From the NCBI GenBank assembly GCA_965235115.1, contig OZ249436.1:36706001-36770000 (forward strand): DNA of 64,000 nt, given 5' to 3'. This DNA comes from Laetmonice hystrix (taxonomy: Eukaryota). Position numbers and translations under genes: made by a program. The stretch's first letter is position 1. The number at the start of each line of letters is the position of its first letter. Below, in pieces: positions 50,626 through 62,350 of this stretch. Under the pieces are notes generated by a model. It was given only the letters and a program-made list of their open reading frames with translations, was not told the origin of the DNA and did no database searches.

Positions 50626-53600
50626 ATGGGTCCACAGAGGAACATGGCGACCGTAAAACCAGACCAAGAGCGTGTGAAGAATCTCCTTGCTGAGACCGTG
50701 ACATTACTCTGTAAAAATGGTCTTACCTATGAATCAGAACTACGAATTGAAGCAGTCATTGGCATAACTGTTGATGCTAATGATGTGTTTCTTGTTCATA
50801 TCAATGACAAGTTTGGTGAGGGTTTTCCACCACCAGAACAAACAGATGCTGCAGCATTTAATGATAATAAAACTACTGCTGAGGTCAAGCAAAGCCAGGT
50901 AAAAGGTGAATGTGAAAGTGACACTATTCAGGGAGTTTCACCTCCATCCAATCCAGGTCAGCATACACAGGAAGGTGAGCAGTCAGAATCAGTGAGTTTT
51001 AATAAAGATCAGTCCACCCGGTCAGATTCCACAGACATTCCAAAGGAAACCTCATCCCCATCAACTCCTCCAACTCAAAGAAACCAGACTCCCACCAGCT
51101 TCAGGACAGAGTCTCCAGTTTTCATCAAAATAGAGGATGACGATGATGAAGAAGAGGAGGAGGAGGAGGAGGATCATAGAAGGCTAAAGTCGCCAAAAAA
51201 CATTGCCAATCAGGCATTCATGGTTGCTGGGCAGCGTCGAGTGCTGGGCAAGCGACGTTATTCTGGAGGAAGAAGTGGCGGCTTTCACCAAGACGGAGGT
51301 ATCCTTCTTGAGGAAACGGGACCCTTTCACATAATCAAACCTGATGTGGATGAGCCAATCTGTAAACGGCCAGCCTCCGAGGGTCAAGACTTTTATAACC
51401 CCAGTGATGGTGGGCCAGATTCCTGGCATCTTGGGGGTGATGTGGAAAACAGTCAGATGTATTATAATAACAGCGACAGCAACCCTTCAGGACTTCCTGG
51501 ATGTTCATCTTGGGGCCCTGCAGCTCTAGCCATGTCTCCAGCAACATCAGATCAAGTAAGTTCTTATATTGTTTGTACATTTTTTTAACGAGTGATCAGT
51601 CAAGTCAACTATTTAAAGAACTAACCTTTTACTTTAAGACTGGAAATAGTTTCCTCAGATGTTTTACCAAGTTTGTATGTCATACTAGCTCATAACAACT
51701 GTTTAACTTTCATGGGTTTTTGAGAAATCTAATGCAAAAAAAAATTGGGATACAGTGGTCCCCCTCTTAAAGACCACCCCTTATAAGCGACCACTCGCCT
51801 CTAGCGACCGCATTTCCATTGCATTAACCACTTCACACTATAATTCCACCCCTATAAGCGACCACCCGGCACTAACGACCAGCGACCGGCATATCCCTGC
51901 ATCAACTCCACCGGTCACCCCTTATCAGCGACCAGCCTTTGAGAATCAGCCAGCCGTGGCTAGTCATAACACTTGTCTCCCCATGCCCGCCTGCCTGGCA
52001 CCCTGCTGACCTAACACCAACACCGCCCCCCCACCCACCCACTTCCATCCCACAATGGCCGGCCACGTTTCTCACCTTACCCGCCCGACTTCCATCACAC
52101 GGCCCAACCTTCCATCACACTTTAAGCTAACGGTTTTGCTCCCCCTGGGTGTGACAATGATGATGATCTCCAACAGCTGTCCCATCTACATGTACGTGTC
52201 TTGATGAAACTGAGGATTCAGTGGGCACGGATGAGGAGTCAGAGGAGATGGTTGCAGAAACTAGTCAACCACCCCCTAAAAAAGCGTGGCAGAATACAGT
52301 GCAGATGTTAGACTTTGCTCTGAAACAGCAGAATACTCAGATGCTGGACTGCGTTTACAAAATGCAAGACTTGCTAAAAGAAGACTCTAGAAAAGCCGTA
52401 AATGAAATGAAACAGACAAGACTGGAGTCTTTCTTTAAATAAAATTAAATATTTATTGTCTCTCTAAACTGAAACTGTGTCATGTTTTCATGTGGGGTTT
52501 TTTTTGGGCAAGAATAACTCCATACGTGCCCCCCTCTTTGTCCCCTCCCTCTCACTGGGAAGTCGCCACCTAGTGTTAACTGTGTGTAGTTATCTCATAT
52601 GCAGCCACCTGGTGGTAACTATGCGTACTTAACAACCCCTCGTTTAGGCGACCACCCGCCACTAGCGACCACTTTCTCTCTGCAGCAGGGGTGGTCGCTT
52701 ATGAGGGGGACCACTGTACATGCCTGTTGAGATGCTCTACGTCTTTTTTTTTCAATTTCCACTCATTCTAAGTTTGATTATGAACTTGATGGTCGGGATA
52801 TGGGGAATAGAGACATCTATGCTTTATATGTAAGGACGAATCCTGCTGAGTATAAAACCTGAATGAAATAAAACACTGGCTTACATAAATCTACTGGTCA
52901 TAGAGGCTGTATGTTAGGACATACTTGTTGGTTAGAACTCTTGAGTGTGGTCAGCTGTTTGCCAATGTATATCTCGATGGGAGTTATCTCCCAAGATGAA
53001 GACTTAGCTGGATGGCTTAGGGCTGGACAGATCGTCAACATCTCCATATCAAATTGATTCTCGGTGAGTGCGAGTGGTCACTAGGTGATGACAAAACCCT
53101 GGCACAGACATGGATCCCCGACAGTAGTTGAATGAATATTAACCCAATGTAGTGACCAGAGTAGTGTATCCACAGGACAATATGCAAGATATTATGGGTT
53201 TACAAGCCAAGTCAATTATTCCTTCCATGTTGCATTGTGCAGTCAACAAAGTTTAAGTTTGTTAACCCTTTCGAGACGGGCCCCTTGTGGCCGAGGCATG
53301 CACTAGTGACGACGTAACAATTGCGTGAATGTGCCGTAAGGACGGGCCATTCTGGGCGGCCACATGTGATAACTGATTGCCTTCCATGCTTCCAATCACT
53401 GTCATCCCCAGAAAAATGATCAATGTTTTAGACAAAAGTAGGGAATTGAGTCTAGAGTTGGTCTAGGTCCAGCGCAGCTAGCACTCAATTGTGACGTTAC
53501 GTCACAGCACTGCGCTGTCGCTCTATACACAATGGGCTCCGACGTAAGTCAAATGATGCCTCAAGGCATCATCCGGCCCCCGCCCGGGAATGCCTCAGGG

Positions 53601-56600
53601 CATCATCCGGCCCCCGCCCGGGAATGCCTCAAGGCATCACCCGTCCTTAATGGGTTAAGAACACAGCCAGGATTCACCAACCATTTAATTTAGTCACGTA
53701 TCCAGCACTGATCAAAGGATAGCAAAAGTTCTTTTAAAAATTGGATATTATCAGTGCCGATGCAGCAGGTTGCAGAGGGTCTGTATGAAGTTCAAGAACT
53801 CTTGTCATCTCCAGGACATGGATAGTGTGAAATCTCTGTACTGTGTGTAATAAAATGTCTTGGATATATTTTATATATATAATATTAGTTTGAGGTTGTA
53901 AAATAACAGCAGTTATCAGTTATGGACAATTGTTGGTTGTGGTTTCTGTTGTTTGGGACATATTTTAAGATTGCCATATTTCCAGGTGGCTTGTTGACAA
54001 ATGATCTAACCTATAGGCTATAGCTTGCAAGTACACATGTACTTGTTCTTCATGGAAGCTATTTTTAAGGTTTTGTTGTTATGATGTATAGGGAGGGAAG
54101 TCGCCCCAACACTGAGTTGTTGTTTCATGCCAGAGAGCTGAAGTGTGATATGCTCTCTAATGTCCTATCTTAAGAAGAGACGTGAACTTGGTGAAGTAAG
54201 GAAGCACATCAGTCACCTTGGGTGGAATAACACACCATAGGCAGGGTCCGCCAAATCGAGGGACCGAGCGCCCGGGACAACCAGAATTTCGGTCCGGGCA
54301 ACTGGATTAAATTGATTGGGCGCCCGTCGGGCGACTACATCAGTATATGTCACATGACATCATGTGTGCCTGGCCCAGGGGTTGGGCTGAAGCACATGTG
54401 TTGCCGGTGTGAGATGCAAAATGGACCCCCCATAATATATGGACCCCCGGTCCATATTTCACAGTGAAATATGGACTCCCCCCATACGATATGGACCCCC
54501 CTCCGTTTTGCCTCTATTTTATATACAATGACTTGCCAAACTAGCAATATTATACAAAACAATCATTTCTGTCCGTTTCCATAAAAAAAGTTGCTTATTA
54601 GTAGGCCTAGGATTTAGGCCTACATCATGCCCTAAGCCTGGACTCCCACCACTCATCCAACATTGTTTATGGCAGCTGGGTCCTGAATTAATGACAGTAT
54701 AAATGTGTTAAAGGAGCTATATTATATTACTAGCTTTGAGTATAGCATATGAAGTTATCCCTCTATTTTTCCAGGATGTGAGTCGAATTTAAATAGCGGA
54801 ATGTGGACCCACCCCCTCTCCACCCCCACCCCCAGCTAATCTGCCCAGTTTATTTCGACTAAAGGAAGTTGCCCCGATGGACTATACTTCAAAGCTTGAA
54901 ATCTTGATGAGCGAAACCTTGACAAACTAGTGCGGCGGCAAAAATATGCCAATGTTCGCCGGCGACAATATATGCACGGCGACAATATCTGCCGTAACAA
55001 AGTACCCATATTTCTACTAGCTCACTGTGAGATTGGGGGGGGGGGGGTCTATATTTCATAGTGTAATATGGACACCCCTCTCCCAAGAATGAGAGGGTTC
55101 AATATTTATACCAGCTCACTGAGAGATTGGGGGAGGGGTTCCATAGTCACCTAGAGATTGGGGGAGGGAGTCCAAATTTCATAGTGTAATATGGACCCCC
55201 CCCCCCCCCCTGAAGAATGAGAGGAACACATATTTCTACCAGCTCACTGAGAGATTGGGGGCGGGGGGTGTGTATAGTCACCTAGTGAAAATCCCCCCCC
55301 CCCCCCCCACAATGAGAGGCTTCTACATCTATATTCCGACTATATTCCAACTAACATGACCATAAAGAAATTGCTTTCGATTATATATCCTATGAACCTT
55401 CAACGTTACATTTTAAGTTGTTATTTTCCTTTAAAAATAGTAGTTCAAACCCTAGAGTACATCATTATTGCGACAAGACGTGCAAGAGGTGGGTGTTATG
55501 GAACTTAATTGTGTTAACGGTAATGTTAATGGAGCCATCAGGGGCGGATCTAGCTTTCAGAAAAGGAGGTGGGTGATGTTTGAGTGAAGGTGTCGAAAAG
55601 GGTCCGGAAGCATGCCGCCCAGCTATAGCCTGTTGTCTAGTTTTTTTGGCTTCATTTTGCAACCCCCCCCCCCCCTAACCCTTAGATCCGCCACTGACCA
55701 TACGACCATTGTATAGGTACGGTGCGCGGTAGCTGCTGACCAAACTTGAGGCACGTGCCGCAATCAACGCCTTGCTCATTGTCATCTCAACCCCAATAAT
55801 GCTTTCCCGTGGTTGGTTGATCATGGTCCATGAAATAAACAAAAAATCGAAGGGGGGTCCATATTTCATGGGGGGAGTCCATATTTCATAGTGAAATATG
55901 GACCGGGGGGTCCAAATGTCACTATGAAATATGGACCGGGGGTCCATAATATGGGGGGTCCAATTTTCATATCACACCGGCAGCCAGCATCTGAGCAATA
56001 GAGTGACTGAGGGATGTTGGTGCTGACAGTTCAGAGTCGGTGGACCAAATAACGTTTGCAGTTGATGGGCCAAAGTTTGAGGATTTTGACCCAGACACTG
56101 CAATAGACCACTGGCTGACAGATAACCCAGGCTATCGCCATCTTGATGGCCATAAGGTAGGGTTGTGAAAAAGCTTTTCAAGTTTTTGAGGCAAATAAAA
56201 TTATTTTTTTGTGAATCAAGGCTTTTCTTTATATTTTAACCAAAAAATCCTGGGCAACCAGTTCTATTTGTCGGGCAACCACTTTTGAATTTGTGGTTGC
56301 CCACTGGGCAACCACATTTCTGGGGGATTTGGCGGACCCTGATAGGGATCCTCTATACTAGTACAGCCCTCTTTAGGGCATTCTCTCTTCCTGTAATCCG
56401 TCTGGGCATCATCCATGATGGTTGATAAAATACCTAGCGATATGATAAAATCAGCTGGATTAAATTTCTTCTGTACTTATTAGGAAAGGACCACTTTTCC
56501 TAAAGAAATTAAAAAGATTAAACACAACACAGAACTACCGGTAAATGAAAAATGCATATTTTAATGATTCATATCTGTACATTAATCTGATTAGCTACGT

Positions 56601-57143
56601 ATTTTTGATCAAACATTAAATTAGAGGTATTACATGTTTTGTGTAGAAATGACAAATTCTGTAAAATGGGGTCAATATCTTTCGGAATCTAAATAAATCT
56701 CTGTGGTTAAATAATGATTTACATTATTTAGAATAAAGTTAGCCCTATTTTATTTTCAATGATGAAGATGATTGTGGAACATAAAAGTCAGAACCCTAGA
56801 CATCTAACTTCATTTTTTCTCTTGTCAGCTGAGTGCACTGCAGTGGTTTCCCGCAGGCCAACCAAAGAGACGCAGTGTGCGCGCTGTAGACCAACCGTAC
56901 TACTGCACAATCCTAGGCTGTAATAAGCGCTACGTCAACAAGCGTCACCTGCGCCGACACGAGCGTCTCGATCATGGCTTTCCTAAGCGGCGGGAAGTGT
57001 CCTCAGTCTTCTACACTTATACCATCCCTGAGACAGAATCTGCCAGTGTGCAGTCGGCAGGGAGTGACCATATGGAAGACGTAGAAACTGTTGGCGCAGA
57101 TAGGGATAGTAACATTAGTGAAACAACTGAGGCAGTGACGTAA
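50626..57143 (+). CDS. Putative transcription regulator: unnamed N-terminal domain, disordered linker, single C2H2 zinc finger (isoform 1)
   Basis: Exon 50590-51555 (acceptor tgtag at 50589; ATG 50626 or 50644; donor GATCAA|GTAAG, phase 0) joins in frame to exon 56829-57143 (acceptor ttttttctcttgtcag), which encodes YYCTILGCNKRYVNKRHLRRHERLDH. AATAAA at 57550. Confidence 0.8.
51753..52716 (+). mobile_element. Tigger/pogo-family deletion derivative
   Basis: TA|CAGTGGTCCCCCTC...GAGGGGGACCACTG|TA. Retains a transposase C-terminus ending KQTRLESFFK* (52221-52442). Confidence 0.85.
53266..53654. mobile_element. piggyBac-like MITE
   Basis: TTAA|CCCTTTCGAGACGGG...CCCGTCCTTAATGGG|TTAA. Internal tandem repeat ATGCCTCAAGGCATCATCCGGCCCCCGCCCGGGA. 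Confidence 0.8.
54403..55981. mobile_element. CCGGTGT-terminated TIR element with GGACCCC/ATATTTCA subterminal repeats (nested)
   Basis: GCCGGTGTGAGATG..AAAATGGACCCCCCAT / ATGGGGGGTCCAATTTTCATATCACACCGGC. Confidence 0.8.
55539..55696. mobile_element. hAT5-like MITE (innermost nested element)
   Basis: CAGGGGCGGATCTA...TAGATCCGCCACTG, near-TSD GCCAT/ACCAT. Confidence 0.75.
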
Positions 57144-58946
57144 GGGTACCGTAGTATGGTCTTACTGTGACTGATGCTCAACTACTGCATAGAGGCCCTC
57201 TAGTAGAGGGTCACAGCATTTCATTTTAAAGCAGAAGAATTCGACCTCCAGGGAGGAAGAATGAGATTGCATGGGCCTTGGAAGTTTTAGATGAAGTGTC
57301 TTTGCTGATTCTTCAGGAACAGAACTCGCCAATATATAAAACAAATTGCAGAGGAGATATTGTCAGTATCTGACATACCACAGAGTGAATGAAATCTCGT
57401 CTTGAATTTCTGGGCAAAATGTTGTGGGCAGCATAGATTTAAGTATCTGCGAAATCTAGTGATTTCTGTGCGATGAAAGTGCAAAATGCCACAGCTTGCA
57501 TGTGTACTGGTCAGTTCGAAATATATAATTATAACATTTCAGTTTGCTAAATAAAGAATTTCTTTACATATGAAAACTAACGTTCGATGGATGTATAGTA
57601 GTTTATGATGGCGTGCATAACGTCCAGAAGAAGGCATTGGAAAATTGGTACCATTTTATTATTTCAAGTTTTAACCATATTATACCATTTCCTCTGAGAT
57701 TGGGCGAAAAAATAACTGGCCATAAAATTTGCACAAGTTTAAAGAGGTAAATTTGTAGAATAAATCTACCTACCAACTCTTTGATCATGAATGTATTGGC
57801 ATAAGTTTACCCCAAAAATGAAATCTTACTGGCAGGGCTCAGACTTCTACTTTAGGGTGAAAAGGGCACTGTTTACAAGCCCAGCCAATGCTTTAATCTG
57901 ACTGCAGCTATGTGCTGTTTTTTTTTATCATTCTGAATTTTATATGTTTACTTTTGCAGTAATAAAGAAACTAAATATATTATATACTACCGGTTCCCAT
58001 ATCTACAAACATGAGGGCTGGAAATGAGAGTCGACAGTTTTTGGGTACATTTGTGTATTTTATTTGCGGTTGTTGAGGGATATTTGCGGTTGTTGAGGGA
58101 TATTTTTTACCTGTGAGGTAATTGTATAAGTCAGGTGTACAGAGAGACAGTCGTATTATGGTGCTAAAAATATCTGGGAACAGGGATCGAAATTATGGGA
58201 AGCAATGGAGAATATTCTTAATTTTTGACTCCAGGGGAAATGTTAAAAAGGTAAATTTCTAAGTTCTTTCTTCCATCTGAAGAGAAAGGATGTTTGAAAG
58301 TAAACAGCAAAAGGACCTTGTGGAAAAGAAAGATTTAAAGAGTCTTTCCCTACTCTCAATATTAATAATTTTACCAGTAATGATCTTTGAGTCAAGCCAC
58401 ATGCAGTAAAGTGACCTGATGCTGAGTGAATACATTTTTGCTGTCATGTTCTAAAATACAATGTATACCAGTTTCTAGTGACAAGAAAACTTCTTGAACA
58501 TTTCAATATAGAAATTGCAGTTTTACTGGATATCTTCATGGGCAAAACGTCAGAGGATAGTTTAATTTGTGATAGTGAATTATTTACTTGTTTAATGGCT
58601 GCCTACAGTAAAACAGGTTTATATTTCTATCATTTTACGAGTCCTAAAGATTGGAAACAGTAAATAGCAGAATCTCTCCTTAGGTCGACAACAAGGTTTT
58701 ATATGTTACTCAAATGGGCACCATGATCTATTGTTAGTGTACATCATGTACCCTCCTTTTTTGAAGTGTCTTACCGTTCAGTCTTTTGTAGAAAGATTTA
58801 GGTCACCCAATTACAGAAATTGAAAACTTGAAAAATTGAAATTGGAAAATAAAAGGCAAATACGAGGTTATCGTGACGTGCGTTTTAATACAAATAACCT
58901 AATACAGAATTGGTTTTTAAAAAAAAATTGGTACAATGGCTCTATG

Positions 58947-59114
58947 CAGGGTTTCCTGCAGGCCCTTTTTGGGGGGAGCTCCCCCCCCCATTATTCAGCT
59001 ACCCCCCCCCCCCAAAAAAAAAAACATTTCTGGGGAAATATTTTGCATTACTCTCCCCCCCCCCAAACTCGCACCATTCCCATCTCCCCAAAAGAAAATC
59101 TCCAGGAAACCCTG
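58947..59114. mobile_element. hAT5-like MITE (family A, copy 2)
   Basis: TIR CAGGGTTTCCTG...CAGGAAACCCTG, 5-bp TSD CTATG. Confidence 0.9.
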
Positions 59115-59434
59115 CTATGTTAACTAATTGGACAAACCTTAAATTCTCAGGTTTTGTATATATGTCAAGGCCCAGATTGGAATCTATATTTATAAAGGTT
59201 TTTTTATGGTGGACCAATATTTTCATATATTGCTGGCTGAGAGCAAGAATATTGTATCTGCAGAAATTGAAAAATTGGTTTAATGGAACAGGTCTCATGA
59301 ATACGCATCTGTGCAGCTATATTGCATCTACGTGTACAAAACGGTTAAGGTGGTATAATATTGTATCTGATAAACTGGTGTGGGACGGTCACTACATCTG
59401 GTGGCAGAGAACGGTACTAATATTTCCTATTGGA

Positions 59435-59978
59435 TTAAACTGGCGTGATATTCAAAAAAATGAAAGTAATACCAAAGTTCTAAATTTTTGTGTATAGCAT
59501 AGTCTTAGTATAAGCCTTCAAATAAAACATAACAAATAATAGTTTTTTATTCTTATTTTCGAGAAAAGGATGGGTAAAGATTGGTCAATTTAACATTGAA
59601 CTCAATGAAACCCGTTTTTTTGCATTATTTTAAAGCTTTTCCACTCTACATCAAAAATCAGAACGGTCAGCTACCTTTTTTCTCTCGTTTAAAATGATTA
59701 GTATTGTCCTAAGATTAATATATATGTAAAATTTGGAAGAATGTTATTGCGACAAGTAGGTCAACGGAAGTGAAATCTCCCCAGAAGGTCTATTTCCCCA
59801 TTGAATCCTATGTTAAATTGATCAATCTTTACCCTTCATTTTCCCGAAAATTACCATGGTGACCTATCATTTTTAATGCTTTAATTTGAAGCTTATACTA
59901 TGACTATGCTATACACAAAAAAATTAGAACTTTGGTATTGTTTTCTATTTTTGGCCTATGACGCCAGTTTATCTTTAA
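59435..59978. mobile_element. Long-TIR MITE (Kolobok-like end)
   Basis: Imperfect inverted arms of about 100 bp (AAACTGGCGT..AATACCAAAGTTCTAA..GTGTATAGCATAGTC and reverse complement). Right end reads ...ATCT|TTAA. Confidence 0.7.
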
Positions 59979-62350
59979 AATAATTTTTAGGGGGAGCAAT
60001 TTGGAAATTAAAGTGCCAATCTCCAAACTTCAATTTTACATGTACGAAATTCTTGTTCTCAGCCAGTGATATATAAATTTTTTATCTATACTATATATAC
60101 ATTTTATATTGTTGACATTTTAAAAGTAAAGCCTTACCCCTGGTGGCAGAATTTCTTTTTAGAAAATTAATGAAGAAATTAGTTTATACACCTCTTGGCT
60201 AAGCCTCAAGAAGATAAGTGAAATTTGCCTCCTTTTATTGTTCTTTTAATATTTTTTTATAAGTGATGTTTTCAAAATGCAGAAGAACGGTGTCCTACTT
60301 TAGAAGGTTTAATTCCCAGAAAATTATAAAACGTTAAAAAAGAATAACTGATATTATTGAGTTCAGCCGCACAATTCTAGAAATGTTAAGAATGATGTAT
60401 CAGTAGGCCCGACCCATGTCGGCTCATTTGTAAACGGAAATAGTGATGATAATACCCGGTGATTTAATAGGTGATTAGGGGCATTTCACACTTTGCAAAA
60501 GGAATATCAGTACATATTTGTAATAACGTGAAGGTGCATCTTTTCTTACAATCTCAAATACTGCAGTTTAGTCGAGGAAGTTACCCCAGTACTTCTGGGC
60601 CTTTTCAAGTTTTGCCAAAAACCGAAACCTGATATAGCCAGGGAGATCTTAGCTTGGGTCGGACTGCCTATAGTAGTCATTATTTGCCATAAATCTGCCG
60701 GATGGGGGTCCAGAAGCTCGAGCTGAATCAGTCTGATTACATTTAGAAGAAAAGGCAGCCTATTGGTTTCTCATAGTCCCAAGTGGGGAAAAAACAGTTT
60801 TTTCCCAGAAGTATGATCAATACTGTATATCTTTGATGGTGGAAAGGGTGATTCAATGAAAACGACTGCAATATTGACTGTACAGAAACGTTCTCATGGA
60901 GAACGTGTTCAGTAATAATATCATGTCTGTGTGTATACTTCACGTGATTATCAAACTTGCACATATAGAGAATTTGAAGTGGGTAGTCCATCTGTCTTCT
61001 CCTGTAACAGATGGTGTTCTGCCATAAGCAGCCTTTGCTCGTGAATGAGTGATTTTGTAAGTATTTTTTACTTATACATGTAGGTAATTGTGACAAGACA
61101 TTCCAGTTTTGTGCTTACCATGTCTTGCCTGAGCAAGTCTGATTGCATCAGGATCAAAATGTTCAACGTCTTGTTATAATGATTCCGAATTGAATTTATT
61201 ACATGGGTTGAGAGGATGAGATCCATTCCTATCGTGGATGCCAAAGAGTTAGGCATCGTTATAAATCAGATTTTCTATTTAATAAAATCGTTCTCACTGT
61301 ATGGATTTTGCATTTGGACATTTTTTGCGACCTGTGTGGTAGTGCCGTTCTCAAGGCATTCTTAGTTCAAAGCAAGTCACGTTCAAATGGGAATGTTTCA
61401 AATTTTATACCAAAGTTCCCCTTGATCCCATGTAACAAATGCTGGCAAGACCCGCTAACTGCAACTTTCACAAGAAAGACACAATGAACCTTTCCTTGTC
61501 CAGTTCTGGAGCCCAGCCCTCGCCCCATTTGTCACCTCTGAGGAACAGACTGGGACTTTATTTACAGGATGCACAGTTTTATAGTTTCAACTGATTTCAG
61601 ATGAGGCCGAATAATAAAACATGAAAAAGTTGGGTGCACCAGAGGTTTCCAGCTTGATCATCGTAGTAGTTTGAGTTTAGTAATACCATTGACACACCGA
61701 CGCTCCAATGCAGTTCAAATCGCTTCAAATCGCATTGATACGGTTCGTGACACACCAAACACGGTTCCCAATGCGCATTGAATCGCATTGAACCCAAACC
61801 ACATCCATATGTGGATTCAACGCATCGAAGCGCATTGAACAAACCGTTTTTGGTGTGTCAACAGCTTTATATATTATGTTGATCACAACTCGTCGACCAC
61901 TGCTGTGTTACTCATCATCAATCCTACTCTCTCAAATAGTGTGACATTTCTTCCGGAAACAATTGGATGGGCTGATGAATTACCTTAGTGGTTATTAGTC
62001 TACCAAAATATGATAGAAACTCAACTCGGTTGATTTGATTTTGTGCAGCCTAAATGTATCCGAGTGAAACCTAAGAATTAGGAAAGAGATTTGAATCTGA
62101 GTGAGATCCACAGTGCGGTTTTGGATACTCACAACGTAAGAAGAAATAGATTTTGACGGAGGCCAGTATACTGATTTCAAGTGTTGGTCTGTATTCTTGG
62201 GGGTTCAGTTTGATACAGCTGGTATTGTACGAGATTTATGTCAAAAGCCCTCTGCAATATATTTCTTTTTATGTTTTCTCTTTGAAGTATGCGCGTTGCT
62301 ATACCTCAGCTTGGGTGCTAAAGGTGTGATCTTTCTGGTTGCCGTTCCAG

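Larger units (their letters stand above)
54242..56341. mobile_element. hAT5-like element hosting nested insertions
   Basis: TIR CAGGGTCCGCCAAATC...GATTTGGCGGACCCTG, 5-bp TSD ATAGG. Confidence 0.85.

Noticed and set aside
58910..59497. 195-aa ORF
   Set aside because: Runs through a MITE with poly-C tracts and AT-rich intron sequence. No protein-like features.
61212..61487. Open frame with two CxxC pairs (CDLC...CNKC), possible zinc-ribbon exon
   Set aside because: No convincing in-frame acceptor and AT-rich composition. Probably chance unless RNA-seq shows otherwise.
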